From assembly GCA_045106895.1 (NCBI GenBank), contig JBGCFM010000199.1:1-36934 (forward strand): a stretch of 36,934 bases of DNA, written 5' to 3'. Under the pieces are notes generated by a model that was given only the letters and a program-made list of their open reading frames with translations, did no database searches and had not been told where the DNA came from. This stretch comes from Polyangiales bacterium (lineage in GTDB: Bacteria > Myxococcota_A > Polyangia > Polyangiales > Houyiibacteriaceae). Within the stretch, counting starts at the first letter, position 1. Every line of letters begins with the position of its first letter. The translations under genes were made by a program, and so were the position numbers. Shown here piece after piece: positions 29,235 through 36,934 of the stretch.

Positions 29235-31229
29235 ATGCAGATTCGTGCGGCATTTTGCCTACTCCCTCTCCTCGCCTGCGGTGGCTCCACGACGACTCAG
29301 GTCGAGACGCCCGCTACGTACTCTTTTGATCAGCTCCCGCGCTTGCGTTTCAACCAGGTCGCGTTGCGCGAAGGGGTTCCAGTGCATTGGTTTGTCGACT
29401 CCGATGAAGACGGCAGCGTCGATCCGGACGAGATTCGTGACCTCGACTTCTACCCGACGAGCGCCGTCTGGACGGAAAACGGCGAGTTCACGTCGGCCTT
29501 CGGCGAGGCTTACGCACGCATCGTCGCCGCCGCGAGCGCGCCGGCGCCCACCGACGCCCGCCTCGCCGCGGTTCAGAGCGAGCTTGAGAACACCGCGCCG
29601 ACCATCGTCTACAACGATCTGACGGCGCTCCCCGAAGCGCACCGAACGTTCGCGCAGCACATGCTGCGAGTGGGCTCCCTCATCGACGCCCTCTACGCCA
29701 AGCAGGTCGGCGCCGCCGCTCTCGCGAGCCAGGTCGCTCCCGACGCCGCAAGCCAGAGTCTCTTCCGCCGCAACTGGGGCCCGCGCTGCCTCGGCGCCGA
29801 GACGGCATCGAACGAAGCTTGCTCCGCCATCGTTGGCGCGCCGGCTCAGCCCGTCGACATCTACCCCGCAGCCATGCAGAGCGATGACGCCTTCTGCGAG
29901 CCCCTTCAGGCAGAGGGCGCGGACCCTGCGCTCATGGAACCCTTCACCGTCGTTCGCGCGGGTGAAGAAGAAGGCTCCCTCGCCGCTGTGCCTTACACCA
30001 CGGAGTACGCAACGGAGATGTCCGCCATCGCCGAGGAGCTCCTCGCCGCCGCCGGCGCCATCGAAAGCGATGAGAGCGAAGCTGCCTTGGTCGCATACCT
30101 ACGCGCCGCCGCCGAGGCCTTCGGCACGAACGTTTGGGGCCCCGCCGACTTGGCCTGGGAAGCCATGAACGCACGCAACTCACGCTGGTACGTTCGCGTC
30201 GCGCCCGACGAAGTGTACTGGGATCCATGCAGCCGCAAGGCCGGCTTCCACATGACCTTCGCCCTCATCGATTCCTCCTCGCTCGAATGGCAGGACCGCC
30301 TCGACCCCATCAAGGCGGACATGGAAGCGGCTCTCGCGGCCCTCGTCGAGACCTACGAAGCCCGCGACGTGCAGTTCAAGATGCCCGAGTTCATCGCCAT
30401 CGTGGCCAACGCCGGCGACGACCGTGACGCCTTCGGCGCAACCATCGGTCAGAGCCTCCCGAACTGGGGCGACACCGACGGCCGAACCGTCGCCATGAGC
30501 ACGCTCTACACGGACCCCGACAGCGTCGCACGCCGCCGCCTCGTCGCCTCTTCGCTTCTCAACGACGCGTCCATGGCGATGCTCGACGACGACCCGCAGG
30601 CCGGTCTTATGTCTACCATTCTTCATGAGGCGACCCACAACCTCGGACCCAACCGCGGTTACGAGTCGAACGGCCAGACCGCCGCCGTCGCCTTCGGCGG
30701 CGAAGTCGCGAGCATGATGGAAGAGCTCAAGGCACAGACCGGCGCGCTCTTCTTCGTCGAGATGCTCCGCGAGCGCGGCATCATCACAGCGGAGCAGGCT
30801 CAGGAGACCTACATGGACTCCATCGTTTGGGCCTTCGGTCATATCTCCCGCGGCATGTGGTCCGCTTCCGGTCGCCGAAGCCCCTACAGCCAGCTCGCCG
30901 CGATTCAGGTGGGCTACCTCATCGACCATGGCGTGCTTACGTGGGACGCCGACGCGACTCCAGCCAGCGGCGAAGGCCAGGGCGCATTCAACATCGACCT
31001 CTCTAACTTCGTTCAGGTCGCTCGTGACCTGATGACGGACGTCATGCGCATCAAGTCCACCGGCGACCGTGCCGCAGCCATCGCCTTGGCGGACCGCTAC
31101 GTTGGCGTCTACTCCGGCGGCGGAACCTACGCCTCCAACGGAGCGGAGTCCGTGGTGCCCCATGAGCGCATCGTGACGCTCTACCGCCGCTTCCCGCGCG
31201 GGACTATGGTCTACTCTATCTCCCTCTAG
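29235..31229 (+). CDS. Peptidase M49 (dipeptidyl-peptidase III-like, HExxH type) lipoprotein
   Basis: Lipobox LLAC; RRNWGP; VPYTTEY; YLRAAAEAF...W..AD.AW; PDEVYWD....KAGF; TIGQSLPN; ILHEATHNLGP; MEELKA. Confidence 0.8.
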   Translation: MQIRAAFCLLPLLACGGSTTTQVETPATYSFDQLPRLRFNQVALREGVPVHWFVDSDEDGSVDPDEIRDLDFYPTSAVWTENGEFTSAFGEAYARIVAAASAPAPTDARLAAVQSELENTAPTIVYNDLTALPEAHRTFAQHMLRVGSLIDALYAKQVGAAALASQVAPDAASQSLFRRNWGPRCLGAETASNEACSAIVGAPAQPVDIYPAAMQSDDAFCEPLQAEGADPALMEPFTVVRAGEEEGSLAAVPYTTEYATEMSAIAEELLAAAGAIESDESEAALVAYLRAAAEAFGTNVWGPADLAWEAMNARNSRWYVRVAPDEVYWDPCSRKAGFHMTFALIDSSSLEWQDRLDPIKADMEAALAALVETYEARDVQFKMPEFIAIVANAGDDRDAFGATIGQSLPNWGDTDGRTVAMSTLYTDPDSVARRRLVASSLLNDASMAMLDDDPQAGLMSTILHEATHNLGPNRGYESNGQTAAVAFGGEVASMMEELKAQTGALFFVEMLRERGIITAEQAQETYMDSIVWAFGHISRGMWSASGRRSPYSQLAAIQVGYLIDHGVLTWDADATPASGEGQGAFNIDLSNFVQVARDLMTDVMRIKSTGDRAAAIALADRYVGVYSGGGTYASNGAESVVPHERIVTLYRRFPRGTMVYSISL

Positions 31230-31241
31230 GCGCTTCTCCGC

Positions 31242-31544
31242 CCAGGACGCCGTGCTCTGCGTTGAGCTGCGGCTCGGCGCCAGGAGGCGCCGTCGCCTTG
31301 CTCGCCTTGATCACGACGCCCTGGACGAAGAAGCCGGGGTGTTTCGTGGGTGTCCGTTACGCTCTGCCTTCGGCATTCGCTTGTCCAGGATGCTGTGCTC
31401 TGCGTTGCGCTGTGCTCTGCGTTGCGCTGCGGCTCGGCATCCGCAGATGCCGTCGCCTTGCACGTTTTGATCACGACGCCCCTGGACGAAAAATCGCCGG
31501 GGCGTTTCGTGGGTGTCCGTCGCGCTCTGCCTTCGGCATTTGCT
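31242..31544. repeat. Two diverged tandem copies of a roughly 143-bp palindromic (REP/MITE-like) intergenic element
   Basis: Copy 1 is 31242-31384 and copy 2 is 31385-31544 (with an internal 17-bp duplication GCTGTGCTCTGCGTTGC). Shared blocks GCTGCGGCTCGGC, GCCGTCGCCTTGC, TTGATCACGACGCCC, GTTTCGTGGGTGTCCGT, CGCTCTGCCTTCGGCATT. Confidence 0.9.
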
Positions 31545-31693
31545 CTTCCGCTCAGCACTCCGCTGGTGCACCGCCGGGAGAGACCTTATGTCGCCGCTGG
31601 GGCGGTGACGTAAGCCAGCCGAATCGGCTTGGGCCCACACGGGCCCGCCCAGAACCGATCGCTCAGTCTGATCCGCGATCAGAACCGACAGGA

Positions 31694-32890
31694 CTATTGA
31701 GCGGAGCGTTGCGCGTAGCGCTGTACTTGAGCGACCACGCTAGGGCTCATGTCTGTGGCGATGTCTTTGGACTGGACGCTCCACAAGAGCGCCGTGGGGT
31801 AGCCGAGCTCCTCGATGATCTCGAGTCGTCGCCGTAGGTACTCGTTTGCTTTTCCGGCGCGGCGGATGTCACCAAGTCGCTCACGCCACCAGGCGATGTG
31901 CAGGCCAAGTGGTTTGCCTTGGATCGTGGCCATCTCTCCAACGATGCACGGCTGGATGGGCAGCGAGGCGTGCGGCGTGAGGCGGCCGGGTTCATAGAGG
32001 GAAGGGTAGTGGTGGACCTGGTGCAGGTACTCGCCCTTGGCTGCGCTCTTGACCATGAAGTCGCGCAGGGAGGCTGAGACCCATGTCGGGTCGGCCTTTT
32101 TGAAGCCGACGGAAGATACGAAGCCCGCGCCGGTGATGCGCCGTAGGGAGCGCTCGAGGAACGCGCTCATCATGTCCGCGGGGACGGTCTTCGGCATCAC
32201 GTGAAAGCCGTCACCGTCGAGTCGCGCGTGCAGCGGACCGCCTTCCGTCGACCAGTCCGGCTCATTCATGACCTCCCACGCTTCGATGGCGTCGCGATAA
32301 CCCTCGCTGACCTTCAGCAATGGCGAGAGCGTCGCGTCCAGGAAACGTTCGATCTGTCCCAGGTCTCGACCGCTGTCTCCGAAGACGAAGGAGTTTCGTC
32401 CGCGGCTGGCGACGTCTCCCACCTGCATGCTCACAGGGTGAAAGAACTCGAAGCTGACGAGGACGGGCATGAGGCGTAGGCCACGCTTCTGGAACGCCTT
32501 GAGCAACGCCGCGAAGTCCTCAAGGAATGCGCCGGAGAGCGGCGGCAGTGGCGCTTCGCCCAGCTCGATTCGCTCGTAGGTGCTGACGCCGCTCGCTTTG
32601 AGCGCTTGCCGCCGCAATCCCCTGGGAAGTCCAATGCGCAGGCCTTCTTCGAGAGGCCAAGGAACACGCCGGTATCGCTCGAGGACATCGACGCCGGCGG
32701 GGTAGTTTACGCCGCCGGCGAGGACCCACATGCGGACGATGTTTGTTCCCATCGCATCGCGGAGGCGCGCGAGCTCATCGGCCATGGCTTCGTAGTCGCG
32801 TTCGGGCCGCTCCCCGCGTCCCCAGGCTGGCGGGCGGTAGCCAAAGTCGTGGCCGCATTCAATCCACGGGAGGTTGAGGCCAAGTTGCAT
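31694..32890 (-). CDS. Clan GH-A (GH5-like) glycoside hydrolase-fold protein, no signal peptide
   Basis: GLNLPW..CGHDFG, IVRMWV, AWEVMNEPDW (acid/base), QVHHY, CIVGEM (nucleophile), ALLWS. Confidence 0.75.
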   Translation of the reverse strand: MQLGLNLPWIECGHDFGYRPPAWGRGERPERDYEAMADELARLRDAMGTNIVRMWVLAGGVNYPAGVDVLERYRRVPWPLEEGLRIGLPRGLRRQALKASGVSTYERIELGEAPLPPLSGAFLEDFAALLKAFQKRGLRLMPVLVSFEFFHPVSMQVGDVASRGRNSFVFGDSGRDLGQIERFLDATLSPLLKVSEGYRDAIEAWEVMNEPDWSTEGGPLHARLDGDGFHVMPKTVPADMMSAFLERSLRRITGAGFVSSVGFKKADPTWVSASLRDFMVKSAAKGEYLHQVHHYPSLYEPGRLTPHASLPIQPCIVGEMATIQGKPLGLHIAWWRERLGDIRRAGKANEYLRRRLEIIEELGYPTALLWSVQSKDIATDMSPSVVAQVQRYAQRSAQ

Positions 32891-33000
32891 CCGCCGAGTA
32901 TGGCCGACTTGTCGGCGTGGGGCGAGAATGCTCTGATGCGCGCGTGGCCCGCGACGAAGCAGAACTGGAAGGCCAGCCCCAAGGCCGCGCGCGAACGCTG

Positions 33001-33408
33001 ATGCTTCGCGTGTTCTTCGCGTTCTTGGCGTTTCAGGTGGTGGTGCCGATGACCTACTACCTGCGCGACGACGCGTACGATGAGCGTTTCGCTTGGCGCA
33101 TGTTCTCCGCCGTGCGTTTGCATCAGTGCCAGACCACGGCGAGCGAGGACACTGGCTCAGGCTTCGAGACCATTCGTCTTGCGCGAGTCATTCACAACGC
33201 CTGGATCCGTCACCTCGGCCGCAATCGACGCGACGTCGTCGACGCTTTTCTGGAGCGACGTTGCGACGAAGAGAACGTGCAGACGGTGCGCGTTGTCAAC
33301 CAATGCCGCGGCGTCGCCGGGGAGGCTTATGAGGCGCAGGTCTATGAGCGCAGCTGCGACGACGGCGACGTCACCATGCCCGGGCAGCTGAGGCGGGCGT
33401 CGGAATGA
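33001..33408 (+). CDS. Small membrane-anchored partner of the HTTM protein, resembling the post-HTTM region of vitamin-K-dependent carboxylases
   Basis: One TM helix, then DERFAWRMFS; four Cys in the soluble part; ATGA-coupled to the next gene. Alternative in-frame GTG starts at 32944 and 32917. Confidence 0.7.
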   Translation: MLRVFFAFLAFQVVVPMTYYLRDDAYDERFAWRMFSAVRLHQCQTTASEDTGSGFETIRLARVIHNAWIRHLGRNRRDVVDAFLERRCDEENVQTVRVVNQCRGVAGEAYEAQVYERSCDDGDVTMPGQLRRASE

Positions 33409-35153
33409 GCAAGAAACGAAAGAAGCGGCAGAGGCGTTCGCCCAAGTCCAGCGCCGCGTCGCCCGTGTCTAGCGCGGCGCCGTCCAAGAGTTCCGGTCAG
33501 ACGCCACGGAAGACCGCGGGCACTCCGCTGTCTGGCCCCTTTGCGTTTCTCTTCGGCGGTATTGCGCCCTCGCGACTCGACGCGATGCTGCGGCTTACGT
33601 TGATGCTCCTCGCCTTCGACTGCTGGGTCGACCTTGTGCCCCACGGCGGGCGCTACGGCGTGGGCGATTTCAATGTCGCTCACTTCGGGCTCCTCGACGC
33701 GCTCCTTCCGATGCCGACGCCCGCGCTCTACGTGGGCTCGCTGCTCTTCACCGGCGTGCTTTCTTTCGCCATGGCCCTTTCGCCTTGGCGGCCCGGTCTT
33801 ATCGCGCTCTTCACCACGTACACGCTGGGCTGGGCCGTGAGCATGCTCGACAGCTATCAGCACCACTATCTGGTTTCGCTGGTGCTCTTCAGTTTCATGT
33901 TCTTTCCCGTGACCAAGCGCCCGACTGAAGCGAAGAGCGCTCCGTGGGCGGTGCGAATCGGAGGCTTCTGCTTCGTCTGGGGAAGCTACGAAGTCATCGG
34001 CGCCACCACGGGTCTCCCCACGCCTTTGGGCGGCTTGGCCAGCGAGTCCCTTCGCGGCGGCCTTCAGGGCGCGCTCTTTCTCTATGGCGTGGTGTCGACG
34101 ACGATGCTCCGAGAGGACGCCGGCGAGGACGATACGCTCCCGACGAAACCAGGACGCCTCGTTAGCGCCTGGGCTTACGTGAGCGTGTGTGTGACGTGCA
34201 CCATCGTCTACTTCTACACCGCCGTGAACAAGCTCAGCCCGGACTGGCGCGATGGCCACGCCCTTCGGCGCCTCGGTCGCTCCGACGCGTTCACGTCTCT
34301 GCAAGAGAGGGCCGCTGAAGGCTGGGCTTTTCTGCCGCCGATGGAGCCGGACGCGTTCTGGTCGTTCATGGCGAAGGGCGCCATCGCGATCCAGCTCGTG
34401 AGCGCCCTCGGTTTCTTCCTCGCGTCCCAGCAGGACCGTCTCCCGCTGAAGTACCACTCCCGCCTGGCTATCATGAACTTAGGACTCGCTCCTTTGAGCT
34501 TTCATCTCGGCGCCGAAGCGATGGGCTTAGAGATCGGCTGGTTCAGCTACTACATGCTGCTCCTCGTCATCGTGGTCTTCGCGCCACGGCCCATCATCGA
34601 CGCAAGCGTGGACGCGCTTGGCGCGCCCCTGCGCTGGCTGCGGCGGTTCATGCCCAAGGAGCAGGCAGGCGTCGTAGCGCTCGCCGGAAGCGCCGTTTGT
34701 GGCCTGCTCCTCGCCGGCGTGGACCTCCCAGGGGGCGTCGGCGCCGGCGTACTCTTGGTGCTCGTCGGCGCCGGCGCTTTCATCGTGAGTCGCCGGCACA
34801 AGGCTTCGGTGTCGCCGGCGCACTTTGGCGTCGCGATGCTCTTGGCCGGCGTCTGTGCGTTTGTGTCTCTAACGCAGACCTCGGTGCGCTACGACTACTA
34901 CCGATTCGTCGGCGGCGACCATCGTCGTCGCGGCGAAGCCGAGGAAGCCCTCGCGGCGTACGTTCTCGCCAACCGCTATGTGGTGACGCCATGGTGCGTG
35001 ATGGTGGAAGGCGAAGAGCCGGACTGCTACCGCGACGAAGCCGACGCCCAGGCCGTCGCGACGGAAGCTGGTGGCAGCGTGCGCCGCAGCGACCGCCAAG
35101 AAAAGGAAGACGAGATGCGTCGACTCGTCGAAGCGCAGCGAGGTGGCGGATGA
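33405..35153 (+). CDS. HTTM-domain (vitamin-K-dependent gamma-carboxylase-like) membrane protein
   Basis: Polytopic protein with DSYQHHYL, IVYFYTAVNKLSPDWRDG, SFHLGAE...EIGWFSYYML and a C-terminal TPR-like helix pair. Confidence 0.8.
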   Translation: MSKKRKKRQRRSPKSSAASPVSSAAPSKSSGQTPRKTAGTPLSGPFAFLFGGIAPSRLDAMLRLTLMLLAFDCWVDLVPHGGRYGVGDFNVAHFGLLDALLPMPTPALYVGSLLFTGVLSFAMALSPWRPGLIALFTTYTLGWAVSMLDSYQHHYLVSLVLFSFMFFPVTKRPTEAKSAPWAVRIGGFCFVWGSYEVIGATTGLPTPLGGLASESLRGGLQGALFLYGVVSTTMLREDAGEDDTLPTKPGRLVSAWAYVSVCVTCTIVYFYTAVNKLSPDWRDGHALRRLGRSDAFTSLQERAAEGWAFLPPMEPDAFWSFMAKGAIAIQLVSALGFFLASQQDRLPLKYHSRLAIMNLGLAPLSFHLGAEAMGLEIGWFSYYMLLLVIVVFAPRPIIDASVDALGAPLRWLRRFMPKEQAGVVALAGSAVCGLLLAGVDLPGGVGAGVLLVLVGAGAFIVSRRHKASVSPAHFGVAMLLAGVCAFVSLTQTSVRYDYYRFVGGDHRRRGEAEEALAAYVLANRYVVTPWCVMVEGEEPDCYRDEADAQAVATEAGGSVRRSDRQEKEDEMRRLVEAQRGGG

Positions 35154-36352
35154 GCACATGTCGACGAGATGAGGACAGCATCGCGCTCTCTGGCATCGCT
35201 TCGGTGCACTCCCACGCGTTTCAGCGGGCTCTCCGCGGCCATGGCCAAGCTCTTGGGGACGAGGCGTCATTCTGGAGCTGGCGCCGCGCCATGTATGAGC
35301 TCGCCGGGAGCGTCGACCCAGACGCCATGGGCGCCATTGCGGAGTTCGCCTACGCGGAGCTCGCACACAACGGCGTCAGCGCCGTCGGCGAGTTTCACTA
35401 TGTTCAGCACGCGCCGGACGGAAGCGCCTATGCCGATCGCACGATCATGGCCAAGGCCGTCATCGACGCCGCACGCCGCGTAGGGCTGCGCATCACATTG
35501 CTGCGCGTCGTGTATGAACGCCCAGGGTTTGGCCGCAGCTTCGAGGGGGTCCAGCGACGCTTCGCCGACACGCCGGAGCAGAGCATTAAAGACATCGAGG
35601 CGCTCGAGAAGCACTACAAGGACGACCCCCTGGTGCGTTTTGGCATTGCGCCGCACAGCGTGCGCGCGCTCCCGCGAGAGTCGCTCCTCGCTTGCCACGC
35701 GTACGCCGCGGAGCGTTCCTTGCCCTTCCACATGCATGTGTCCGAGCAGCGCCGCGAGATCCGAGAGTGCATCGCGGAACACGGCCAGCGCCCCATCGAG
35801 TACCTTCACGGACTCGGCGCCATCGATGAGCGTTTCGTCGGCGTCCACGCTACTCATCTGACGGACGAAGAGTGCACGCACTTGGCCCCGGCCTTTGTGG
35901 CGCTCTGCCGAACCACCGAGCGCGACCTCGGCGACGGGCTCGCGCCGACTGACAAGCTTGTGCGCGCCGGCGCCCGCCTTTGTTTCGGCGTCGACAGCCA
36001 CGCCCTCTCAGACCCCTTCGAAGAGATGCGGGCCGCCGAACTCGACGTGCGGAGTCTTCGGGAGGCACGACAGGTCGCCTTGGGCGGCGCGGAGCTGCTG
36101 CGCGCGTCCTCGGAGCACGGCTACGCCTCCATCGGCTGGGCTGGCGCGCACGAGGAGGACCAAGTCGTCCTCGATGCGGGAGACTCGTCTCTGCGCGGCG
36201 CGACGGAATCCACGATTCGCGACATCGTCGCGTTTGGTGCCACGGGTCGCGCGACGCGACAAGTGCAGGTCGCCGGCCAGGCGCTCGACTTCGACATACG
36301 CGCCCTCGGTGACAAGTTCGAAGCGGCGCTCAAGCGCATCGGATTCGTGTGA
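35150..36352 (+). CDS. hutF: Formimidoylglutamate deiminase (400 aa)
   Basis: HSHAFQRALRG, SFWSWRRAMY, VGEFHY, APHSVRA, HMHVSEQ..E, VHATH, TTERDLGDG, GVDSH. Start at ATG 35150 (ATGA overlap). Confidence 0.88.
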   Translation: MSTCRRDEDSIALSGIASVHSHAFQRALRGHGQALGDEASFWSWRRAMYELAGSVDPDAMGAIAEFAYAELAHNGVSAVGEFHYVQHAPDGSAYADRTIMAKAVIDAARRVGLRITLLRVVYERPGFGRSFEGVQRRFADTPEQSIKDIEALEKHYKDDPLVRFGIAPHSVRALPRESLLACHAYAAERSLPFHMHVSEQRREIRECIAEHGQRPIEYLHGLGAIDERFVGVHATHLTDEECTHLAPAFVALCRTTERDLGDGLAPTDKLVRAGARLCFGVDSHALSDPFEEMRAAELDVRSLREARQVALGGAELLRASSEHGYASIGWAGAHEEDQVVLDAGDSSLRGATESTIRDIVAFGATGRATRQVQVAGQALDFDIRALGDKFEAALKRIGFV

Positions 36353-36430
36353 CCCGAGTGAGGGATGACCTCGGCGCGGAAGGGTGGCATCTTGGGACTG
36401 GCGAACTGCGCCCTCCCGAAAGGTCTTCCC

Positions 36431-36934
36431 ATGCGCACACTCTTCTTGCTCGTCCTTGGTCTTTCACTCGCTTGTGGCGGAGCACCTGCGTCCGCGCCCG
36501 AGCCTCAGGCGACATCCGGTGACGAAAGCGCCCAACACGCCGCAACGGCGGAGTACGAAGCTGAGGTCGCCGAAGAAGCGCTGATCGAAGAGCCGCTGGT
36601 CGAAGAGGCCGGACCCGGGAGTATTCGCGCAGTGATTCGTATGCGAAACGAAGAGCGCGCGGGCACCATCACCGTGCGCGCACTAGGCGGCGAAGTCGTC
36701 GCGGAAGGAAACGCGGGGGACACCATTGAGGTCCCGAGCGGCAGCTATCAGATCGATGCGATGCTCGACGCAGCCCTGCTGCCGGGCCACTCAAGCCAAG
36801 AAGAGCGCACCACCGTGACGCCGGGGGAGACCGCGGAGGTGGTCTTTACGTACGAGGTCGCGCGCGTCCGGCTCAACGTGAGGCGACGGGGCCGCGCGCT
36901 GAACAGCTGGCGCATGGTGTTGACGCGAGAGGGA
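36431..36934 (+). CDS. Lipoprotein of unknown function (3' truncated by the window edge)
   Basis: Absent from the ORF track. MRTLFLLVLGLSLACGG lipobox, Glu/Ala linker, then a beta-rich PEGA/Ig-like segment (IEVPSGSYQI...VTPGETAEV). Open to the end of the window. Confidence 0.75.
   Translation, partial: MRTLFLLVLGLSLACGGAPASAPEPQATSGDESAQHAATAEYEAEVAEEALIEEPLVEEAGPGSIRAVIRMRNEERAGTITVRALGGEVVAEGNAGDTIEVPSGSYQIDAMLDAALLPGHSSQEERTTVTPGETAEVVFTYEVARVRLNVRRRGRALNSWRMVLTREG

Noticed and set aside
31242..31544. Possible CRISPR array, or small ORFs (31262-31837, 31226-31558) in the repeat region
   Set aside because: There are only two long diverged units, no unique spacers and no cas genes. The ORFs are low-complexity translations of the repeat.
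34697..35149. 151-aa Arg-rich extension of hutF, suggesting a fusion or frameshift with the HTTM gene
   Set aside because: It is an off-frame reading of the HTTM gene's 3' end. The clean ATGA junction at 35150-35153 explains it.

Overview
High-GC bacterial DNA. The gene content points to Myxococcota (Polyangia/Sandaracinaceae-like); this is an inference. About 26 CDSs, roughly half of them predicted lipoproteins. No rRNA, tRNA, CRISPR array or transposase was recognised. In order: (1) a minus-strand operon of BNR-propeller lipoprotein, heme-c DUF1588-type lipoprotein and Tat-exported DUF1552 protein (runs off the left edge); (2) a DUF1444-like gene divergent from katG; (3) wcaJ-like priming glycosyltransferase, SGNH-like protein and GH44 lipoprotein; (4) a second DUF1592/DUF1552 pair followed by an InlB-B-repeat/double-SPRY lipoprotein; (5) a cyclophilin lipoprotein; (6) an 83-aa lipoprotein with a Cys/Pro C-terminal tail, coupled to a ferritin-like diiron protein (RiPP-like layout); (7) Ser/Thr kinase-PEGA, TPR-PEGA and three paralogous Cys-rich propeller lipoproteins; (8) an M49-like peptidase; (9) a tandem intergenic repeat whose hairpins show compensatory changes; (10) a GH5-like protein; (11) an apparently split, permuted vitamin-K-dependent carboxylase-like (HTTM) gene pair coupled to hutF; (12) a truncated lipoprotein. 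Several operon-first genes have TAnnnT boxes 6-9 nt before the ATG and no Shine-Dalgarno, suggesting leaderless mRNAs. All family calls come from motif recognition by eye; no database searches were run.
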